40,000 nt of DNA, from the sequence record KC821624.1; one strand, written 5' to 3'. This document shows, piece by piece, positions 9,945 through 19,300 of this stretch. The notes under the pieces are model-generated. The model made no database searches and was not told the origin of the DNA. It saw only the letters and a list, made by a program, of their open reading frames with translations. This stretch comes from Cellulophaga phage phi14:2. Both the position numbers and the translations under genes were made by a program. The stretch's first letter is position 1, and the number at the start of each line of letters is the position of its first letter.

Positions 9945-10570
9945 AATTTATCTTGTTTTTTATGAATAGTACTTTCTATAATTATACCACCTATTCCGAT
10001 TACAGTTCTATTTAAGAACCTTGGATATTTAATAACTCTCCCTTCATACACAACGCCATTATCACCTTCCCATTGTTCTATGAATTGAACTGAATGCTTT
10101 TTACGCATTACTTCTTTATCATTATTATAAAATTTAGAACCTACTTCTTGACCCCAAACTTCTATATCTTTTTTACCAAGATAATCAGCTCTAGTTTTAT
10201 TAGAAGGATTTAATACCGCTTTTTCATATTCATCATTTAAAAACAACATTTTACCTTCTGTATCTTTTAACCATATAGGTACTGGTACATCTACATGAGA
10301 ACTTTCAAATATCATTAGTTGGTTTCTTAGTTGTATTACTTCATTCTCTTTAAAATTTAAATCTATTCTTATTTGTTGTACTTCTTTTCTTAATTCAACT
10401 ACCTCAAGCTTATAACTTTCAGTAAGTTCTTTATATTGAGAAACCAAAGTTGAGAACTCTGATTCCTCTTGTTTTCTAGAACCTAACTTAAAAGTTAAAT
10501 ATGTAGCTAATGCCCCACCCGACAAAGCTGATATAATAGCTAATACTATCTGACTGTATTCCATTTTCAT
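9941..10570 (-). CDS. TM + coiled-coil + PAS-like domain protein; candidate holin/lysis regulator
   Basis: TM at N-terminus (YSQIVLAIISALSGGALATYLTF), long heptad-like helix, then PVPIWLKDTEGKMLFLNDEYEKAV...; stop overlaps endolysin start (ATGA). Confidence 0.6.
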   Translation of the reverse strand: MKMEYSQIVLAIISALSGGALATYLTFKLGSRKQEESEFSTLVSQYKELTESYKLEVVELRKEVQQIRIDLNFKENEVIQLRNQLMIFESSHVDVPVPIWLKDTEGKMLFLNDEYEKAVLNPSNKTRADYLGKKDIEVWGQEVGSKFYNNDKEVMRKKHSVQFIEQWEGDNGVVYEGRVIKYPRFLNRTVIGIGGIIIESTIHKKQDKL

Positions 10571-10582
10571 TTTTTTATTTTG

Positions 10583-10924
10583 TTAACAATATGTTCCATT
10601 GTGATATCTACTAAAGCTTTTAAAATCTATTCTAGCTAAATCAGCTTCAGCTTTTTTCAAGACTATATGCGCTGCTGACTTAAGACCTTTTGTTCCTATA
10701 TTACTACCTTCAATAATTATATCATATGTTTTACTAACTGTAATAGTTTCATTGATAGGAGTTGTAAAGAAATCTTCACTACCTGTTATCGCAACATGTC
10801 TTGACTGTCCTGTAGGTACATTAATAGTTACATTAAATGTAGAATTACAATCTATTTCAGATGTTGAATTTACAGTTATATTTTCATATGTACTTAAAGG
10901 AACTGTTATACTAAATGTACCCAT
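10583..10924 (-). CDS. Hypothetical phage protein, beta-rich, likely structural
   Basis: 113 aa ORF, overlaps the upstream gene stop. Confidence 0.5.
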   Translation of the reverse strand: MGTFSITVPLSTYENITVNSTSEIDCNSTFNVTINVPTGQSRHVAITGSEDFFTTPINETITVSKTYDIIIEGSNIGTKGLKSAAHIVLKKAEADLARIDFKSFSRYHNGTYC

Positions 10925-11655
10925 TACGCTGTGAATTTTTTAGAACCTGCATCTGCAACTTCGAAATTAAAACTAGTATTATATCCATTTGTATTACCAT
11001 CAGCTGTAAATGTTAATTTACCTAATGCTATATCAGAAAAATTTATTATCTGATTAACAGTTACACTAATACCATTAAATTTTAATGAACCTTGTGTAGG
11101 TACTACTGTAATTTTAAGTTGTTCAGCTGCATCTCCTTCAGGGTCAGAATAAGCAGGTGTAGTATCAGTTGTAAAATCAGCAACTGTAAATACTCTAGTA
11201 GTATTATAATCTATTTCATCAGAGTTATCTCCTACACTAGTAGGTTGTAGATTAACATAAGGTCCTACATATTTAGTCATTAATCCTGTAGTTAATCCTG
11301 AGAATGTAGATGACCCTACATCTGATAAATCAAAAGTAAATGAAGTATTATATGAAGCATCTACATCTTCTGATGTCCATTTAAAGTTACCTGCTATAAC
11401 ATCTGAAAAGTTTATCTCTTGATTAACAGTGCAGTTAACACCATTTAGTTGTAGTAAACCTCTACTTGGTAGAGTAAGTATCTTAACAGCTTCTATATCA
11501 TCACCATCTGGATCTACATAAATAGGTATAGTATTTTTAAAATTATACTCAGTGAATGTCGTATCTATTCGATTAAAAGTTATTATCTGACCTGTACCTA
11601 TTTGACTAGGAGGTAAGTTTAATTTAGAATTTGTTGTAATTAAGAATTGTGCCAT
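10924..11655 (-). CDS. Tail-associated protein with two tandem cadherin/Ig-like repeats
   Basis: Repeats YVDPDGDDIEAVKILTLPSRGLLQLNGVNCTVNQEINFSDV.. and YSDPEGDAAEQLKITVVPTQGSLKFNGISVTVNQIINFSDI.. Confidence 0.6.
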   Translation of the reverse strand: MAQFLITTNSKLNLPPSQIGTGQIITFNRIDTTFTEYNFKNTIPIYVDPDGDDIEAVKILTLPSRGLLQLNGVNCTVNQEINFSDVIAGNFKWTSEDVDASYNTSFTFDLSDVGSSTFSGLTTGLMTKYVGPYVNLQPTSVGDNSDEIDYNTTRVFTVADFTTDTTPAYSDPEGDAAEQLKITVVPTQGSLKFNGISVTVNQIINFSDIALGKLTFTADGNTNGYNTSFNFEVADAGSKKFTA

Positions 11656-11669
11656 TTAGTTTAATTTAA

Positions 11670-13343
11670 TTAATCTACTATTATTGTTCCATATAGGGTT
11701 AACGCGCCACTTGCCGATCCTCTTAATGCTGAATAGTTAACAGGTAATATTTCTCCTGCATTCGATAAATCAGGTTGGAAAAATACAAATGTTGATCCTG
11801 ATAAAGCTCCTGTAACTGTTCCTGTTACATCAAGAAATTTTGTGTGATGAATTGGAACAGGATTTACTGCACTATAACCCCCTATTGTTTTTGATACAAA
11901 AGGAAAGCCCGTAATTTGCAGCGCAGAACTAGTTGGAGTTCCTGATTTACTATTGATAACTACAGTGCATTTAAACGTAACAGTCTTACCTACTTTAGTC
12001 CAGATACCTCCTGTAACTGATGTATTATAAGTATAGCTAGCAGAACCTGTTGTTGTAATAACTGGTGTCCATGTGCCTGATGTATTTTCTACTATATCAC
12101 TAGTCATTGCTACAGTACCTGATTTATTAGGCATTGTATATGTTCTTGCTGAAGTAATAAGGCTATTGTCAAAAATCATTGCAGCTGTATGCCCTAACCA
12201 AACCATTTCTCCATTTTGATCTCCTGCTCTTAATACTCCACTAGAGCTACTTCCGTTGTCTGTATTTGTTGGTAAAGGTGTATTTGTTACTTGGTGATAC
12301 CTAGATGATAGCACGTTTGCAAATACATTACCAGTCCAATAAGCTGTACCAGTAAAGTTGTTAGTTCCTGCTAAATTAGGTTTAAGTGCAAGACCATCAT
12401 TAACAGCATTACCACTAACCGCATTAGTTGATCCGTCTATAATAGTTTGATCTACTGTACCCCCACTGCCGCCACCAGAGTAAGTTAAATCAGCATAATC
12501 TTTTGTTATTAAAGTATCTCCTGAAGCAGCTCCTATTTGAGATGTACTCATACTAGATGATATCCTTCCAGGAAATATACCTAAAGTTGTTATTCCTGTA
12601 TTATCATCATTTGCAGCTGTGAAACTTATATCGTTGTCAGCCATCACCCATCCAGTAAAACTACCTGTTTCTTGAAATTTAAATCCAACTGAAGATCTTA
12701 TGTCAAGAAGAGTACTTCCTATATCTGTATATCCAGCATTTATTTTACCTGATAACGCATCGAATATTCCGTTACTTCTTACAGCTTTAATGCTACCATC
12801 TGTAGGAACATCGTCAAAGTCAACACTACCTCCACTTGAAGGAAGCGTTACTGTATTTCCTCCTGGACCTGATATAGTAAGATCATTACCACTTATACTT
12901 AAACTTCTATCAGGTGTTGCACCATCTTCAATATTAAGCATTGCTCTAACTTGAGTAGGTGTTAAATCTAATACACTACCTGTTGTACCAGTGTTGTTAC
13001 CTTTAATACTTAATCCTGGTGAAGCACTTAAATCTGAATTATCAATAGTATCTTTAAAAGCTAAATCACCTAATTCATTCATTTCTACAAATGTAGATGT
13101 TCCATCTGAACCATTATTAATTAGTTCAGAAGTATTAAGTAATTGATCTGGTATAGTAGCATTCAATACAGGATTTAATGGATCTGTATTATCAACTGTT
13201 AAGCTAGTACCAGCTTGTATTGATTCTAATTTAATATCATAAAGTTCTGTGAAGTTAGCTTCTACTTTAGCAAAGGCTTCATTCACATCATCTCCTGTGT
13301 TACTATTACCTCTCGTACCTAAATCTATATCCTGTTTGCTCAT
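11670..13343 (-). CDS. Tail fibre protein
   Basis: 557 aa; N-terminal DLGTRGNSNTGDDVNEAFAKVEANFTELY, low-complexity fibre-like repeats, VDQTIIDGSTNAVSGNAV. Confidence 0.65.
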   Translation of the reverse strand: MSKQDIDLGTRGNSNTGDDVNEAFAKVEANFTELYDIKLESIQAGTSLTVDNTDPLNPVLNATIPDQLLNTSELINNGSDGTSTFVEMNELGDLAFKDTIDNSDLSASPGLSIKGNNTGTTGSVLDLTPTQVRAMLNIEDGATPDRSLSISGNDLTISGPGGNTVTLPSSGGSVDFDDVPTDGSIKAVRSNGIFDALSGKINAGYTDIGSTLLDIRSSVGFKFQETGSFTGWVMADNDISFTAANDDNTGITTLGIFPGRISSSMSTSQIGAASGDTLITKDYADLTYSGGGSGGTVDQTIIDGSTNAVSGNAVNDGLALKPNLAGTNNFTGTAYWTGNVFANVLSSRYHQVTNTPLPTNTDNGSSSSGVLRAGDQNGEMVWLGHTAAMIFDNSLITSARTYTMPNKSGTVAMTSDIVENTSGTWTPVITTTGSASYTYNTSVTGGIWTKVGKTVTFKCTVVINSKSGTPTSSALQITGFPFVSKTIGGYSAVNPVPIHHTKFLDVTGTVTGALSGSTFVFFQPDLSNAGEILPVNYSALRGSASGALTLYGTIIVD

Positions 13344-13474
13344 TGGTCTAATGTATTATATTCAAATTGACTTACTTTTAGATTAATGTTACCTAATCTT
13401 ATAATGTTATTACTTGTTGTAAAAGGTATAATCTCTTCTACTAATTCTTCTGATATGATATTAAATATTGCCAT
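13340..13474 (-). CDS. Small 44 aa ORF (MAIFNIISEELVEEIIPFTTSNNIIRLGNINLKVSQFEYNTLDQ), not in the ORF track
   Basis: Start overlaps the stop of 13474-14520 (TAATG) and stop overlaps the start of 11670-13343 (ATGA), typical of translational coupling. Confidence 0.6.
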   Translation of the reverse strand: MAIFNIISEELVEEIIPFTTSNNIIRLGNINLKVSQFEYNTLDQ

Positions 13475-14520
13475 TACGATACCCATATTTTACTTCCCTC
13501 ATCTCTGGCTGAAAAATTAATACTATCTCCATACACAGTATCTACATTTCCACCTTCATGAGTAAATTCTTCGTTAATTAATTGTTCTCTAGTTATAATA
13601 GTACCTTCTGTTACAAGTGTACCATTTAATTTATAAAGACCTAAGTTAGCTGTACTTATCTCATCTATCCTAATAGCATCAATAAGATCGTTTTCTGGAT
13701 CATTATATGGAGGTGCTAATTGAGATGTAAACATTGCTAAAGTAAGAACTGTAATACTTCTATTAGGTCTTACTATGGTTATATCACCTATTGTGGCAGG
13801 CTGGTTAATTGAACCTGATCTATCTACAGTGATATAAGCTGTATTACTTGATATATAACCTATTGGTTGAACATCTACTATGTAAAACTTGATATTATGT
13901 GAAAAATCAGTCGTGCTAGTATTGTAGTATGACCAATTAGCGATGTCGTCCTTAAGTATTGAGATATAACTATTAGGTTTCTCCGTGTATAAATCACCAT
14001 ACTTATTAGGTATATCATATAATCTTCTTATAACACCTCCATCAAGGTCGTCTCTGTAAATAATAATATTTTTAAAATCTTGATCACTATTATCATTATA
14101 GATTGATAAGAAGTCAGCTAAATTAAATTTATAGAAATCAGCTGTTTCAGTACTATTATATAATATCTGTTCATTAATAATATCATCAGTAACTAAATTA
14201 GAAACTGTAACATCATAAGTAGGTATATTAATATCATCATTAGTTACAATAGTATTACCATTTGAATCTATAACATAAGATCCTTTAGGTAATACACTAT
14301 TAATTCCACATATATCTGAACTAATAGATATTAATTGATTTAAACTCTTCTCTATAATAGAATACTTAATAGATTCTTTAGATATATTTTTAAAGTACTC
14401 AAGTAATTTAACAAAAGTTTGATAAAAACTAATATTCTTTAAATTTAAACTACCTGTAACTTTAGCTTTATCTATAGACTTGCTTGTACTATATACTATT
14501 GATTTATTATGTTTATTCAT
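13474..14520 (-). CDS. Tail fibre/baseplate-like protein with one C-terminal cadherin/Ig-like repeat
   Basis: 348 aa; C-terminal YNDPENDLIDAIRIDEISTANLGLYKLNG matches the repeat in 10924-11655. Confidence 0.5.
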   Translation of the reverse strand: MNKHNKSIVYSTSKSIDKAKVTGSLNLKNISFYQTFVKLLEYFKNISKESIKYSIIEKSLNQLISISSDICGINSVLPKGSYVIDSNGNTIVTNDDINIPTYDVTVSNLVTDDIINEQILYNSTETADFYKFNLADFLSIYNDNSDQDFKNIIIYRDDLDGGVIRRLYDIPNKYGDLYTEKPNSYISILKDDIANWSYYNTSTTDFSHNIKFYIVDVQPIGYISSNTAYITVDRSGSINQPATIGDITIVRPNRSITVLTLAMFTSQLAPPYNDPENDLIDAIRIDEISTANLGLYKLNGTLVTEGTIITREQLINEEFTHEGGNVDTVYGDSINFSARDEGSKIWVS

Positions 14521-14521
14521 T

Positions 14522-14782
14522 TTATATTCTCCAATAAATTAAATTTTGATTTTTATTTGATAATAAAGGTATTGGAATAACCACATTACCTAAGCAATCT
14601 AAAACTTCTTGTGCTGTATAAGAAAGTGTTGTAAATTCTAAATAATTAGCATCAGCAATGTTATTACTATCTATAATTATGTTAGTTCCAGAAGCATTAG
14701 AAACTGTATCTAATTGTTGATGTATTTTAGATCCTGTTCCAAAATTACTGCCACATATAACTACGTCACCAACTTCTGACAT
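14522..14782 (-). CDS. Hypothetical small protein in the fibre cluster
   Basis: 86 aa ORF, tightly packed. Confidence 0.5.
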   Translation of the reverse strand: MSEVGDVVICGSNFGTGSKIHQQLDTVSNASGTNIIIDSNNIADANYLEFTTLSYTAQEVLDCLGNVVIPIPLLSNKNQNLIYWRI

Positions 14783-14792
14783 TGTTTAAGTT

Positions 14793-16364
14793 TTATATGC
14801 TATCAGGATATTGCTGTCCTGAACTATGATAATTATTTCTTATTAATGGTGTTCCTGTTCCATTAATATCTATCCCTACTCCCGAACTGAATCCAGTAGC
14901 TCCATCTACACTTTCTTGATAGTTACCTATAATAGATACACCGCCAATTATATCTCCATCTATCCTTACTAACTCTTTTCTTGAACCCGCTACAGTTCTT
15001 AAAATTGTATTGTTTTTTATAAGCACATTTTCTAAAGTTGTACTAGAACCAAAACTACCTATTCCAAATACAATTTCAGTTCCATCTGTGTTAATAATTA
15101 TAGTATTATTCTCTATGTTGATGTTTTTATAAGCGTTGGTATTTGACCCTAAATCAAACAAACCTCTACCATTTGCACCAGCCTCTCTAGTGTAGGTATT
15201 TCTTTTTATATTAGTAATACCCTCGAATACTGGATTATCTGTATTATATATATAAGAAGATTGACCTTGAAAAGTATTATCTGTAAGTTCAGTGTTACCA
15301 ACAACGGAGTTAAATACAAATTGAGAATTTATAAATGTGCATCCTTTTATTTGCAAACTACCAGTATTTGTTGCTAAGATTCTACCATCATAGCCATTTC
15401 TGTTATCAAAAATACAATCTATAGCTTTACCGTATTTGTTCCTTTCATTAGGAGTAGTAGTTGAATTATGTATTGAAAATGTAAGCATTCCAGAAGGGGT
15501 TCCACCTACTGTTCTAGGATCACCAGTAACAGTACTTATGAATCTAACTCTATACAGCTCTATTCCTGAGCTAGTACCTTTGATTGCTCTTCTTGACCAG
15601 TTCTCTAATATAACATCTTCAACTATAGTTTTGCAGTTATGCGTATGGTTATTATTAGCTTGAGCTAATTGAAAAATATCACCATCATTACCAAATACAT
15701 TGCTATACTTACCGCCTTTTATTCTTATTTGAGTTGGTTCGTCTGTGTAATTCCAGTTAACCATAATAGCTCTACAAGCTCCAGAAGCATCACCTATAGT
15801 ACCTCCGATAGGAGCATTTACATTATCAACGTAACAGTTTGTGAAATTAGATGTAGTAAATTGCTTACCTACATCTACTCTAAAAGCTAAAGCTGCTGAA
15901 ACATCGTCATATAGATTTTTAACTCTAACATTATTAAAATTAAAGTTTGTTTGAATATAAAAAGCTACTCCTAAAAAGTTTTTACCATCTACATTTAAAT
16001 CTTTAATTTTAATTAAATCTACAGTTGTAGAAAATAAAAATAATCTAGATTGCCTAACGGAAAGGTTGGTTATTATTGTTGAACCATTACCTTCTACTTC
16101 TATTGTTCCTGTTCTAGTAAAATCTTTATTTTGTAAAATTAAATAAGTAGCATTATGACCTAACACAACTTTTCGTCCATCATTAAATGCATCTTCAAAT
16201 GCATCACTACTATCTACAACGCCTGTAGGGTCTGCTCCAAATTGTTCTGGGGTAACTGTATTAATAAACCCTCCTCCTGAACTAGCTAGTGCATCTTCAA
16301 GACCCACCACTTTTGTGATAGGTATATCTTGAATATTTTTATTTTTTATAATTGGTTCTGCCAT
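14793..16364 (-). CDS. Tail spike with pectate-lyase-like beta-helix
   Basis: TPEQFGADPTGVVDSSDAFEDAFNDGRKVVLGHNATYLI plus repeated parallel beta-helix rungs. Confidence 0.75.
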   Translation of the reverse strand: MAEPIIKNKNIQDIPITKVVGLEDALASSGGGFINTVTPEQFGADPTGVVDSSDAFEDAFNDGRKVVLGHNATYLILQNKDFTRTGTIEVEGNGSTIITNLSVRQSRLFLFSTTVDLIKIKDLNVDGKNFLGVAFYIQTNFNFNNVRVKNLYDDVSAALAFRVDVGKQFTTSNFTNCYVDNVNAPIGGTIGDASGACRAIMVNWNYTDEPTQIRIKGGKYSNVFGNDGDIFQLAQANNNHTHNCKTIVEDVILENWSRRAIKGTSSGIELYRVRFISTVTGDPRTVGGTPSGMLTFSIHNSTTTPNERNKYGKAIDCIFDNRNGYDGRILATNTGSLQIKGCTFINSQFVFNSVVGNTELTDNTFQGQSSYIYNTDNPVFEGITNIKRNTYTREAGANGRGLFDLGSNTNAYKNINIENNTIIINTDGTEIVFGIGSFGSSTTLENVLIKNNTILRTVAGSRKELVRIDGDIIGGVSIIGNYQESVDGATGFSSGVGIDINGTGTPLIRNNYHSSGQQYPDSI

Positions 16365-16385
16365 TGTTTAAGTTTTTCTTATTTA

Positions 16386-19300
16386 TTAGAATGTTGTTCC
16401 CGCTCCATTAATCCAGCTATTTGTTGCAATACATATGTAAACTCCTGTTGCTGTAAATCTTACTTCCCCTGCTGTTCCTGTTGCAGATGAGTTTGCAGGA
16501 GCTGTGTCTAAAGTGTTCTTTTTTAATGTGGAGTTATACAGCTCTACAAAACCATTATCAGAACCACCTTCTATTTTTAATCTGGTAGTGTTTGATGCAG
16601 AAGAATTTTGAGTTTGAAAATTTATGTCTGCACCACCTATTTGTCGTATTGAACTATCTGCATTTCTAGCAAAAGAAAATGTATTATCTCCTAGTTGGCT
16701 ATAAATTCCTGAAGCTGTAGAACCAACTTGTAGTAATGCTCCTGTGAATGTAAAATTAGGAACACCTTCGATTGTACCATCAGACTTAACCACTAAAATC
16801 TCGTTTTCCTCTAAAGTCTCATAGCTTAATATTGCCTGGTTAAGTGTTGATTGTACAGAAGGACTTAGTTTAGCTAAAGAAACATTAGCGTCAACTATTT
16901 TGGAAGTTGTTACTGAATTATCTGTTACATTAGCTATTACATTATCTGACTTACTAAATGATGTTTCGCTGTATCTTTTTAACTCTATTGTTACTTTTAT
17001 TACTCCAGAACTAGCAAAGTCGGTGTCTGAGTTGATGTATATAGACCTGTTTCCACTGTAATGAGAATTTTCATTTATGTTAAAATCAACTTTACCTGTT
17101 GTCTCATACACATTAGCTATTAAATTAGCTTTGTTTGTAGTGGTGTCTGTTCCTATTGTAACGTTTGTTCCCGAATTTAATGCTGTAATAGTTTCTGAGA
17201 CTACTTTATCTAAAGCGAAACCTGTTGGTATAACCATTGATAAAGCTTGACTTGTACCAGTTCCTAATGTTACAATTTCAGACTTAATAAGAGTACCTGT
17301 TAAAACTCCATTTACTTGCTCAGCTACATAGTTATTACTAATATCAACTAGTTTTGCATAGTTGTTATTTGGATTTAATGCAGAAGCAAGTAACACTCTT
17401 GGTCTAGTAGATGAAGGAATAGAACCTAAGTCTCTCCATCCTTGAACTATTACTTCATAGTGATTGTTAGCTCCTGATAACAAAGCTGTATTATCGTGGT
17501 ATATTACACCTCTAAAATCTTGTGTTGAAGTATGATTACCTATCTTTAAAAAAGAGTTTGTAATTTTATTATTACTTCCTGATATACCGTAACAACCGTA
17601 AATGTCTGTATTTAACTCACCTTCAATTATAACATTAAAGTTAGTCATTGATGAGTTGTTACCTGATGCTAAATCTAAAGGATATATTTCTAGATATGTA
17701 GACTTATCTTTTAATGTTACATTTTCAAAATGAACATTTTCAATTGTTCCTAAAAATCTAAAAGCATTAAATCCTACACTTGAATCAAAGATACCTATTT
17801 CTGATTCTGAGTAGATGTTTTTATAAGTAGCATTACTCATGTCTTGAATCTCACCTAAACCGTCTCTTCTTAAGGATGTATAATTATCAACATAAACATT
17901 GGTTACTGTATTTATCATTTTTAATGATGTACAGTATCCGCTAGTTTCTGACCTATGGTCATTAGAACCTACCAATATTCCGTAATCAATTGTATTCCTT
18001 ATTTCTACGTTTTGAGTATTGTATAAAGGAGAAGCATCAGTGTTCAAATAGAATAGGTGTGGAGGTGCCATCCAAAAAGCTGTCCCACCTATTTCAGTTC
18101 CAGATGCTGTTTGAACATCACTGTACCTGTACGCTTTAAAATTATCTACTTTAAATCCGTCTACAACACCTTGGATACCCATTATATACCCGTCTAAAAT
18201 GATATCTTTAAAAGTTATATTTTTACATATAGATGTATCACCTACATTCGATGTGATAGTAGAGTTTTTAGCCCATTCCCATTTAAGCTTAAATGCTCCG
18301 ATCATGAACTTATCCGCAGTTTCACCTTTAGATTTCACTGTTACATTATCAAATAATATATCTTCACATGCATCAATCATAAAAGTATATCTTAATGAGC
18401 TTCTACCTGTCCATCCAAAATTTGAATTAGTTAAAGTTATTCCTCTATTTGAAACTAAATAGTTATTTAAAAATGAAATAAAATTGTTTGAGTCTTCAGT
18501 AGAACCACTTACAGTAGCATCATATGTTTGATCATAAACAATGTTTATATTTTTAAAAGTTATATTACTTGTTAGAACCATTAAGAATGCTGGAGTTAAC
18601 AGATTGTTAACTATAATATTAGCTCCATTTATACCTTCAATCCAATCGCCACTTTCTAAAATAATAGATGATGATGTTTCTGATACATCTAAGAATATAT
18701 CCCTGTCCACTATTACTCTTTTACCTACTGCTCTTGCTGCAATTAAGGTCGATTCAAAAGTGTCTCTATCATCAGTAACTCCATCCATAATAGAATTGTA
18801 TTCTCTAGGAGACACATATCCATTTGGAGTATTCTTAAAGTTTGATATTACATCAGATGATAGTTTACTTTCAATAATAGAACCATCTACTATATCAGTA
18901 ACTGTATTACCAACTTGATATGTTACATATAAACTAGTCCCTGTCTCAGGAGCATTTTCAAATGTGAAAACTCCAGTTGCAGGAGTAGTCTCTATAACAC
19001 CATGACCTGCTGTGAATAATTGTCCTTCAACAAATACATTAAGTGTTCCTGGATTATAAGACCCATTAGATACTGTGAAAGATGTGTTAGTGCCATTTAT
19101 AGCTCCAGTAAGACCTGAGTCACTTGAGTCTCTAAAAATGTTATTATACTCATTACTACCACTTATAATTTCTATATCTCCAGAACCTACAATAGATTCC
19201 CCATTTATAGTTTTTAAATCTGTAGATTCTAGTTTATTAGTATCTAAAGTTGCTATAGCTGATGCATTTGTAGCAATACCTGATATATCTTGATCACCAG

